Both the position numbers and the translations under genes were made by a program. Shown piece by piece: positions 53,263 to 64,000 of a stretch of DNA of 64,000 bases (positions are counted from its first letter, which is position 1; the number at the start of each line of letters is the position of its first letter). Source of the DNA: Paraspadella gotoi (Eukaryota > Animalia > Chaetognatha); assembly GCA_051294375.1 (NCBI GenBank), contig JBJCIZ010000744.1, positions 1,869,252 to 1,933,251 of the forward strand. The letters are read 5' to 3'. The notes below the pieces were generated by a model that ran no database searches, was not told the origin of the DNA, and saw only the letters and a program-made list of their open reading frames with translations.

Positions 53263-54087
53263 ANNNNNNNNNNNNNNNNNNNNNNNNNAATGTCAGCAAA
53301 GGAAAAAGGAAAATGTCAGCAAAGGAAAGAGACAAAGCAGAAGGAAAAGAGAAATCCTCTTTATCCCCGATGACGCTGAGGAGAAAGAGAAGAGACAGAG
53401 ATAGAGTAGAGAGAGAGGGAGAGATAGAGAGAAAGAGAGCAAGAGAAGGAGAGAAAGAGAGAGAGAAAGAGAGAGAGCAAGAGAAGGATTTCATTTTTGA
53501 TTTGATTTATTTTGCTCAAAATGTGAAAGTTTAACACAGTAACAATGCAATTNNNNNNNNNNNNNNNNNNNNNNNNNATTAGTCATGAGTTTTTTTTTTC
53601 CCCAAAATCATTTTGAACCGAAGTTGTTGCCAAAAATCTTGTATTCTTTCTTTTAAATAAAAAAAAAAAATTAATTCTTTACATTTTTCAATTTTTTGGG
53701 GTTTGCTTTGTTTTCCTACGAAACCCGTAGTATATATATATATGTTGAAGTGTTTCTCTTTCAGAATTTAAAGTGAAAAAAACCTGTTCGTTTGAATTCA
53801 GGCATTTTTTATCTTCGCCTGTTTTCTGTCAGTTTTCTTTTTTTTTTTGTTTCTCATTTCGTTTTTCCTTTTGTTTCGTCATTCTTTTTTTATTCTTTTG
53901 TTTCTCATTTTTTTTTCCTTTTTCTCTTTTGTTTCTCATTTTGTTTTTCCTTTGTTCTTTCGCGTCTTTTCTTTCTTTGAATGTCTTTTTTGAAGGATTG
54001 TATTCAGTGTCTTTTCTTTCATCTATTGATTCTGAAATCTAGCATCGCTCACAACCACGCCAAACATTTCAATGAATACTCAAAAAG

Positions 54088-54125
<38 letters not shown>

Positions 54126-55021
54126 GTTTACATTATATTTTTCCCTTTTTTTAACATATTCTAGGCGACTAAGAGGCAATATTTAAAACTATAATAATTC
54201 AATACTTCTTTAATAACATAACCCTCACCTTTAAAAGATTTGTTTCTTACTCTGCTTTCGGTTACTTTTTCCCCCTCCGAAGCTTTTCTCTCCACTCTCT
54301 CTCATATCTGGTTCTTCGACCACTCCGTTCTCGGTTTGCTTTCAAAACCTCGAAGAGAGAAACTCTGGATGAGATGAAAAAAAATTTTTTTTTTGGGCGA
54401 CGAATTTAAAAAAAGGACCCAAAACCAGAAAAGATGGTGGAAAGATGAGAGAGAGAGAGAGAGTTGAGAGAGTGACGATGAAGAGAGAGTGAGAGAGAGT
54501 GAGAGAGGAGAATATTCTGTAGAATCCTTGGAAATGTCATTTGTGACTTGATCTGCTTATGTGGAACTTATAACGGTTTCTTTCTGTTCAAAAAAGCTGG
54601 CTTCCACGTCTCTCTCTCTCTCTCTTTCTCTCTCTTCTCTCTCTCTCTCTCTCTCCTCTCTGTCTCCTCTCAAATTCTCTTTCTGGTTATTTTAAATAGT
54701 TTCTAGGCTTTTTACCTATTTTATTTTTGTTTGAAATAGATCTGATGTGATCATTATAATTTTTTCCTTCTCCCTGTCTCTTTCTCTCCCCTCCCTCTCT
54801 CCCTCTCGTCTCCCTCTCTCTCCCTTTCTTCTTTCTTTGCGTTTTTAATTCAAGATTTATTTCTTTCTTTGAATTTCTTAAGCATAAACGTCAGATGAGA
54901 TCTATCACAAGCACACCGAAGATTTTATTTTTTAAAATTTTTTTTGTTTTTAGTTCAAATTCTATTTAACGGACGTTCATAGATTATTTTGTATTCTCTA
55001 TTTCGGTCTTTTAATCTTTCT

Positions 55022-55094
<73 letters not shown>

Positions 55095-56187
55095 CTCTTC
55101 TCTCATTTTCTCTTTAACTCTCTCTCAAAGTTTTTCTTCTTCTCCGAAGGAACAAGATTTATGTTGTGTAAACAAAATCTTCAGTTTTAAACTGAGGGAT
55201 ACGGCGACACGGGGAAAGAGGCAAAGATGAGAGAGAGAGAGATGAGAGAGAGAGACTCTTAAATTCAGATACAGGAGAGAATGAATGAACGAATCGCGCC
55301 AAAGTCGTCATCACCATAAACATCGATTTAAACTTCTTAAACTTTCGATTGTTTTACTTTCGACAATCTGCGTTCGCTCTTCCCTCCCAGATGATCGCTT
55401 TCCTTTTTTTTCTCGTTTGTTTACATTTTTTTCGTCTTCGGCCGTTTGAGCCAAGAGGGGGGGGGGAGACTAGTAGACGGGAGGGGTAGTAAGGAGAAAT
55501 TTCTAACCGAGTTGGTTAATGCGCGGATAGAATTACAGTTTATTTGTTCAGTCAGAATTAATAGACTGGAAATCGCCGATCGGATTCGGGTCGTTTTTTT
55601 TTAAGATTTCAAATCGGGAACTGATAAGATTTTCTCAAAATTACCTTTTTCTATTGTCGTCACAATGGAACGGGTTCGACGAGTAATTAGACAGTTAATA
55701 AACGTGACAGAGGAAAATATGATTGGTTGTTGAAAGCTAGCATTACATATGTAAAATAACTTGAATTTTAGTCCCGTCGTGGATCGTTATCGCAAGGTTG
55801 TAATCTTTCGTGTAATCAAATATAATGAAATTAGTACAAGAAGCTTTTCATTTTAGAGGCGAAAAAAAACTATCAACTTGACCAATAAGCCTTTTTCGTA
55901 TTAACGCCCCAAGCCTAAAAAAATCCTGCACATGAATAATTTATGAACTTCTCCTTTTTTCACCCACTTCCGGCCCCATTTTTCCAAAAGCAGCCCGCAT
56001 TTCAGCTTAAAGTCAGAATTAATTAAAGTTGGATTAATTGATAAGCGATTAAAATAGGTAAGATTTGGGTTAAAGTTTTGGTTAATGTTTAGGAAAGATT
56101 AGTAATTAAACAGAAATAAGGGTTTTCGGAGAAATTGCCCTTTTCCTTCCCCCTATCTGTTTTTACCTTCGCTTCTCCCCACGCACT

Positions 56188-56290
56188 CGTTCCCCCCCCA
56201 CGTACCCCCCCCACGTTCCCCCCACGTTCCCCCCCACGTTCCCCCCACGTTCCCCCCCCACACGTTCCCCCCCACACGTTTCCCCACCCC
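56188..56290 (-). repeat. C-tract repeat (ccccccacgtt)n with G-quadruplex potential; inverted copy at 37104-37180
   Basis: About 8 runs of 4-8 C separated by acgtt. Confidence 0.8.
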
Positions 56291-57106
56291 ACACACACTC
56301 GCCGACGGAAGCCTTTGATATGGAAATCTGGTCGGAAGTCTCTTTTACGGAGTCCAGACTTAAAGTCTCGAGCGAGAGAGAGAGAATTAGAGAGAGACGA
56401 GGAGAGATAGAGAGAGAGAGGAGAATTATATATATATACGAGTGGCCCGATTCATATTGAGATGAAGTTCTGGAACGAAGGTGAAAATTATTTAAGCTCG
56501 ATAGATCAAAATGGGGCCGAGAAGAGAATCATGGGCGCCGTTTGCGTGCCGATTGCATTGCGATTGCGTGGCGATTGCGTGCGATTGCGCGGCTGATTTG
56601 TGCCTCTTTAAGCTGCCGATAGCGCTTGCAATTGCTCCCTAATAATATTACCGTTGTGTACTGATCTTGCTTCAATACTGAGCAGTGAGCACTCTGTGTG
56701 GCTTGATATCCATCGAGGTGGGGTTGCCTTTTATGTTTCATTTTTAGTTAGATGTCCGGAGTAGATGTTGATTTTGTAAAGGCATAATAATAATATATAT
56801 ATATATATAATAATTATATATTAATAATATAAATAATAAAAAAATAATGTTTTGACCCTATATTTAATGGTTTAAGCATTCCTGATATCCGAAATAACAA
56901 TAAACTATTAAACCAAAAAAAAAGCGCGCGATTGACGTTAATTTTCGCCGATTGGCTTAAAATAGGCCTTGCGAAAAAAGGCGCCTGGAAGCAATGCAGT
57001 ACGCTCAGTCGGCGCAAGATTCATTAGCGCTAACGTTTTACGATAAAAAAATAATTCAGAGCAACGAACCGCAAATCTGGGAGAGGAAGCTGATGATGAT
57101 GATGAT

Positions 57107-57148
<42 letters not shown>

Positions 57149-57915
57149 GATGATATGAAAAAGACGAAATTTGATGACAGTGAAAACGCAGAAAATTAAC
57201 GGTTGATTGGAATGACAATGCCAGAAAAGAGCGAAGACCAATGACGAGAATTTGGACGGATGATGGACAATGACGAAGATTACGTTTATCAAACGAGGAT
57301 GACAAGCTAGATGACGATTACATGACATGACATGACAAGACATCCTGACGTCAACTAGAACGATGACGACGGAAAATGAGGGAAGGAAAATGAGGAAGCC
57401 AGCTGAGGTGAGAACACGAGAATCGGAGGTAAAGAGGAAGAAGAACGAAGACGGACGCGTGGATTGCGGAAAAGAAAGGCAATTCTGGACAAACTTTAGA
57501 GACAAGGAATTGAAAAAGCTGGAAGATTGGAAAAGGAAAAAGGAGGGGAAAGAAAGAAAGAAGGAAAGAACAGAAAGAAGGAAAGAAAAGAAAGAAAGAA
57601 GGAAACAAAGAAAGAAGGAAAAAGAAAGAAAGAAAAACAGAAAGAAGCAAAGAAGGAAGAAGGAGAAAGGCAAGAAAGAAAGAAAGATAGCAAAGAAAGA
57701 AAGAAGAAAAACAAGAAAGAAAGGAGAGGAAGCAAAGGAATGAAGACAGAAAGAAAGACAATCCACGGGAGCACTGTTTAGACTTTTAGAAAGAAATTTT
57801 CGCTGGCGAAAAAAATTGAATGAGTCGACGAACGATAGATAAATCATTTAATCAAGCCTATTGTCATTAAAAAGCGGAGATACGGAGATTGGAACTGAGG
57901 AGAGAGGAGAGAGAC

Positions 57916-57955
<40 letters not shown>

Positions 57956-58481
57956 AGCAGAGGTTGGCCTCGGATGTAATACGATACGAGTGGGAGTCCA
58001 GATTATAAATCAGGAAAGAAATAAAAAAAATGAATGTAAAAGGAAATGTTATGATTATAACGTAATTTGCGACGTTTTATGTACTATCTTAAGTAAAAGA
58101 GATATGTTAAACATTACAATGAAACATTAACTGCCAGGAAGAAGGTGGCGAAACGGAAGCAATGTCATAAACTGAGATTAATTTTATCAGAATGTATCAA
58201 AAACCAAACTAGTTCTACTTAAATTTATAATACTTTTAATATTTTTCACCTCTCTCTCTGACAATCTCCTTGGTTTTCTATAGATGAGTCACAACTTTGT
58301 TCATTTTTAAAGAAAATGGTTAAGAGAACAAGAAAAAAAACAAACGTTACGGAACAATACAAGATCAACGACGAAGACAACCTACATAAGAAAACACGGG
58401 AAAACAAAACGATAAAAAAAAAAAATGTTGAGCGGAAGAGAAAAGAAGAAAAAAGGAGATAAAAGAAAACGGGAATGGGAG

Positions 58482-58542
<61 letters not shown>

Positions 58543-60554
58543 AACGTTTCTGATGGAGCGCCCACCCTATTTTTTTTCTCTTCCTTTCATCTCCTAATTT
58601 CGATATCTAACGAATTTCTGAGAGTTGAGAGAGGAACAGAGAGAGAGAGAGAAGAAGGAGAGAGAGAGAGAGAGAGAGAGAGGAAAGAATAAAAAGTGAG
58701 AAGAGAGAGATAAGAGAGAGAGAGGAAAGAAAAAAAAGAGAAATGTTGAAAAGAAAACAAAAGAGAAGAGAAAAGAAAGAAAAGAAAAAGAATAAAAAAG
58801 AAAAAGAAACAAAAACAGAAGAGAAAAGAAAACAAAAGATAAAGAATAAAACAGAAAGCGAGAGAACTTCTTCCCGGAAATCAAAACAATCACAATGGAA
58901 TTATTTGTTCCAATAAGTCGCGCGATTTCCCAATTTGTTTCTTTTTTTTCTTCTTAGTCTTTTTCCTTCTTTTTCGAACATTGACAGGACAGACAGACCA
59001 AAAACTCGCGGTTGCCACAAGACTTGAAAAAATATGCAGGCTTTCTTCTCTTCTCTCTCACCCTTTCTTATCTTCGTATATATTTATTCCGTTTTTCTTT
59101 TCTTGCTTTTACTTTCTTTCTCTTTTATCTCCTTTCATTTCTTTCCTTTCTTTTCTTTTCTTTCTTTCTCTGTTTGTTTTGTTTTGTTTTGTTTTGTTTG
59201 TTTTGTTTTGTTTGTTTTTCTTTTCTTTCTTTTCTTTTTCTTTTCTTTCTTTTCTTTTCTTGTCTTGGTCTTGTCTTGTCTTGTCTTGTCTTGTCTTGGT
59301 CTTTTCTTTTTTATTTTAGTGCCTTTCTTCAGCTTTTTTTTATTTATTTTTCTGTCTTTTCCTTGTCTTGTCTGGTCTTGTCTATGTCTTGTCTTTTTCT
59401 TGTCTTGTCTTGTTTGTCTCTGTTCTTTTTCCTTATTTTGTTTTTTTTTATTACTGTATTCTTCGGTCTTTTCTTGTCTTGTCTTGGTTTGTCTTGTCTT
59501 GTCTTGTCTGTCTGTCTTGTTTGTCTTGTCTTGTCTTGTCCTATGTCTTTTCTATTTTAGTTCTTTCTTCCTTTATTACTGTTATTTTCTTCGGTCGAGA
59601 AGGAAAAAAAAAAAATCTTCTTCCCATAAATTTTTTTTCGCAAAAGTTTTTTTTCCGTTTTTTTGAGGTCATTTTTAGTACTTGTAGTTAAATTCTATAT
59701 TCCTTACGACTTTTTTGCGCCTGAGGAGAGGTCCATTGAATGTGGTCGTTGTTGTTTGCGTCGTCGGTCCGTCGTCGTTCGTTTACACCGTAATTTTTTA
59801 GTCTTTTGGTTTATTTTTGGGCGAATAAGTTCTTCTTTTTAACAGTTCTTCAACTTGTTTAATTTCATCACCATAAAATTTTAGGATCTTTTCTCAGGGA
59901 TTTCACCTTTCATCTTGACGTGACCATGACATTGTTTTCTTCTCGGTTGTTGTTGTTGTCCTCTCTTCCTCAAGTTGTGTTTCACTTTCCTTTTTCCATT
60001 CGTGAATTCACTTACTCTTCAACGAGCTCACCACGGTCAGTTGGTCTTCTCACTTCTTCTTTCAGGTGACCACATGATCTTCTTACATTTAGACTTTTCA
60101 ACTTTTCCTGCTATTTTTCACTTAAGAAATTCACCCAATCCTTACTATCTCTCTTGACCTTTTGCCGCTCTCTCTCTCTCTTTCCTCTCTCTCTCTCTCT
60201 CTCTCTTCCTCTCTCTCTCCTCTCTCTCTCTCTCCTCTCTCTCTCCTAAACGGCCTGGAGAACTACTTAAAATAAAAGGCAGAGTCCAAATGATTTTTTG
60301 TCGTTCGTCGTCATCACGTCGCTTCACAGTCTTTGTAACTAAAGGCGTCCATCTTTATCTTCCGTCGTCGTCGTCGTCGTTCGTTCGTCGTCGTTCACAG
60401 GTCTTGTAACTACACGGTCCATCTTTATCTTCGTCGTCGTCGTCGTTCGTCGTCGTCGTCGTCGTCATCATAATCGGTTCGTCGGTCGTGTCGTCTTTTT
60501 CAGTCAAAAACAATCTTTTCAAAACGTTGACGTTTTCTGTTTAAGGTAGGTCGT

Positions 60555-60588
<34 letters not shown>

Positions 60589-61655
60589 TTATTGCGACGT
60601 TTCCTTTGACGATTGTCGTTATTTTTTAGCCGCAACGACGACGACGACGACGACGAGAATGACGACGAAAAGGCACCACTTAAATGACGACGATGTAACG
60701 ACGACCCAAAATGACGACGGATTGATGACGAAGACGATAAAACGAGATTTGACAAATGACCCACGACAAAGATGATAATTACAATGATTTAGACAATGAC
60801 GAAAAAGATGTCAACAACCAAAGTCATCGTCGATGACGAACGTGACGATGTGACAAAGACAAAGATGACAAAGGACGAAGTTTAAAAACGAGAATGGACA
60901 ATGCTGACAGTGACGACAACGTCGATTGACAACGACGACGACGACAAGGCAAAATGGGACGATCAATGATGGCGAGGAAGATGGCCGACACCGATGAGAC
61001 GATGACGAAGAAACGACGACGAAAAAACGACGATCAATGATGGGGAAGACGATGATGAAAACGGACGACTAATGATTGGCGACGACGACGACACGACGAC
61101 GACCAATGATGGGACAAATCTATAGGGGTACGAGTCTCGCGTACGATGAGTCGACGACCTTTCTCGCTCATTCGTCACCAGAAGCCTGAAGATCGATCAG
61201 GAGGGAGGAAGAAGAGGAGGAGGAGGAAGAGAGAGAAGAGGAAGAGCAGCGATGGTCATTTTCGCTTTCCTCCTTGTTGTGGAGTTCTCGTTCATGCGCG
61301 TCGTCAAGAAATTTCATTTCGCGAATTACATCCGCCGGTTTTAGGAGAATTCCGGATGTTCGGGAGGGAAAGATGGGGATTAGAAAATAGCAGGAGAGAG
61401 AGTTGCGGAAGTGGGGAAAGAGAAGAGAAGTCTCTCTCCTTCTCTTTCTCTTTCCTCTTTCCTCTCCGCTCTCTCTCTATTTTTCTCTTTTCTATCTATC
61501 TCTATTTTCTTCTCTAATTTTCTCTTTTCTCTTTTCTATCTATCTTTTTCTTCCTCTCTCTGCCTTTCTCCCTTTCTCTGTTCTTCTCTTTTCTCTCTTT
61601 TCTCTTTTCTCTCTTTTTCTTTCTGTCACTCTTCTCTCTTCTCTCCTCTCCTCTC

Positions 61656-61687
<32 letters not shown>

Positions 61688-61928
61688 CTCTGCTATTTTT
61701 TTCTTTTATCTCTCTCTCTTCGTTATTCCCGCTTTCCTTTTCTTCTCATTTCTTCTCCCTTCAGTGTTCCTACCCTCTTCTACCTATCTTTCTCTTTCCT
61801 ATCTGCCCCTTTGTTTGCTCAAACCTGTTTCTCTTAAAGAGCGTTCCCTATTTTTTTTTTTCAGATAATATTTTTTTTCGAATAATTTTACTTCTTTTTT
61901 GTTTTCTTAAAATAATTTTCCCTCGCCG

Positions 61929-62018
<90 letters not shown>

Positions 62019-62607
62019 TCTCTATCTCTCTTCGTTCACACTTCGTCATTATTTTAAAGATAGTTTTAAAAATCCACCTAGGTTACGATACTCTGTCAGC
62101 AGCGGCAGGACACGCCGCAGCCCGCGCTTCTGCTCCTTGCCCGCGCGCCACCGCCGCCGCTGCCGCCGCCCGCAGACTTCTTTTTTTTCTGTCTGCTCCA
62201 GAATTTAATTTTCTTTTTTTTTCTTTCCATGTCAGGCTGATCTTTTCAACGAATTCTGAATTTTTTTATATTTTCCGATCAGCATTCATTCATGACGATA
62301 ATCGAGAGAAGCCTCCCAGATCCATGACGTAATACACTGCCTAATGTCGTCTTAGCGTCGTCGTTGTGGTCGTCGTCGTTGTTGCTCTAATTAATTGATT
62401 ATACTCATACTATGCTTGTAATTTATACTACTGATTATTTTAAAAAAAAGTTAGGCACGAATTTTTAAAAAAACTATCTACAAATGACTAAATGCCAAAA
62501 GAAAAGTGGAAAAAGTTTATAGAAGAAAAACGTTAATAAAGAAAAAAGGGAGACGAAAAAGTTTTAAACTGGAAAATTGAAGAAAGGAAAAAAGGAAAAA
62601 AGAAAGG

Positions 62608-63770
62608 GAAAGTCAACAAAGGGAAAAAGGGAAATGTCCAGCAAGGAAAAAAGAAATGTCAACAAAGGAAAAAGGGAAATGTCAGCCAAACGAAAAGGAA
62701 ATGTCAAAGCAAAGGGAAAAGGGGAAATGTCACAAAGGTAAAAGGGAAATGTAGCAAAGGAAAAAGAAGAAATGTCAGCAAAGGTAAAAGGAAATGTCAG
62801 CAAAGGAAAAAGAGGGAAAAGTCAGCAAAGGAAAAAGAGAAATGTCAGCAAAGGAAAAAGAGAAATATCAGTAAAGGAAAAGGGGAAATGTCAGCAAAGG
62901 AAAAAGAGAAATGCAGCAAAAAAAAAGGGAAATGTCAGCAAATGAAAAAGAGAAACTTCAGCAAAAGAAAAAAGGGAAATGTCAGCAAAGGAAAAAGAGA
63001 AAAGTCAGCAAAGGAAAAAGAGAAATGTCAGCAAGGAAAAAAGAGAGAAATATCAGTAAAGGAAAAAAGGGAAATGTCAGCAAAGATAAAGAGAAATGGT
63101 CAGCAAAAAAAAAAGGAAAATGTTCAGCAAATGAAAAAGAGAAATGTTCAGCAAAGAAAAAAGGGGGGAAATGTCAGTCAAAGCGAAAAAGAGACAATAT
63201 CAGCTAAAGGAAAAAGGGAAAAGTCAGCAAAGGAAAAAAAGAGAAATGTCAGCAAAGGAAAAAGGGAAATGTCAGCAAAGTAAAAAGGGGGAAATGTCAG
63301 CAAAGGAAAAAGAGAAATGTCAGCAGGAGGAAAAAGGGGAAATGTCAGCAGGAGGAAAAAGGAAAATGTGAGCAAAGAAAAAGAAAATGTCAGGCAAAGA
63401 AAAAGGAAAATGTCAGCAAAGGAAAGAGACAAAGCAGAAGAAAGAGAAATCCTCTTTTATCCCGATGACGCTCGAGGAGAAAGAGAAGAGACAGAGGAAA
63501 TGTCAGCCAAAGCGAAAAGGGAAATGTCAGCAAAGGAAAAGGGAAATGTCAGGCAAAAAAAGGGGAAATGTCAGCAAAGGAAAGGAAAATGTCAAGCAAA
63601 GGAAAAAAGGGGAATGTCAGCAAAGGGAAAAAGAGAGTAAATGTAGCCAAAGGAAAAAGGAAATGTCAGCAAAGGAAAAGAAAATGTCAGCAAAGAAAAA
63701 GGCGCGAAAATGTCAGCAGAGGAAAAAGGAAATGTCAGCAAAGGAAAAAGGAAAAGTGTCAGCAACAGGG
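62608..63770. repeat. Same 23-bp satellite in reverse orientation (aaaggaaaaagggaaatgtcagc)
   Basis: Reverse complement of 51329-52260 with matching flanks. Confidence 0.95.
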
Positions 63771-64000
63771 AAAGAGACAAAGCAGAAGGAAAAAGAGAAA
63801 TTCCCCTTTATCCCAGATGACGCTGAGGAGAAGCAGAAGAGGACAGAGATAAGAGTAGAGAGAGAGAGAGAAGAGAGAAAAAGAGGCAAGAGAAGGAGGA
63901 GAAAAGAGAGAAGAGAGAAGAGAGAGAGCAGAGAGAAGGATTTCAGTTCTGATTGATTTATTTGGCTCAAATGCTGAAAGTTTAACACAAAAGTAACGAT

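Larger units (their letters stand above)
53578..64000 (+). other. Continuous noisy copy re-covering 33177-39328 and 45145-53263, partly inverted
   Basis: 53655-56085 matches 33177-35800. 56070-57415 is the reverse complement of 35800-37302. 61620-64000 is the reverse complement of 51100-53263. Confidence 0.9.

Noticed and set aside
62888-63956. MSAKEK/KCQQRK repeat proteins
   Set aside because: They are translations of a 23-bp satellite, which is not a multiple of 3.

Overview
Eukaryotic (probably invertebrate) draft-assembly DNA, dense in (GA)n/(TC)n, (GTC)n and minisatellites, with several kb of N gaps. I found no prokaryotic genes, RNA genes, CRISPR arrays or transposases. Almost all ORFs in the track are microsatellite read-throughs. 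Much of the window is the same sequence written two or three times as indel-rich, raw long-read-like copies, and many copies start right after one of nine gaps of exactly 25 N. That points to gap-filling artefact rather than segmental duplication. The best-supported gene is a spliced MFS transporter (SLC18B1-like by helix pattern, not database-checked) at about 39.5-40.6 kb with 31- and 37-nt introns. It reads as one protein only after two internal segments (39610-39874 and 40115-40248) are flipped in place; each is bounded by a short inverted microhomology. What looks like its upstream exon lies downstream. Comparing duplicated copies shows two larger segments (about 1.4 kb and 3.2 kb) in both orientations. 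This multi-scale, microhomology-bounded inversion pattern is the most interesting signal. Amplification or library chimerism and haplotype polymorphism are the null explanations, and the sequence alone cannot exclude them.
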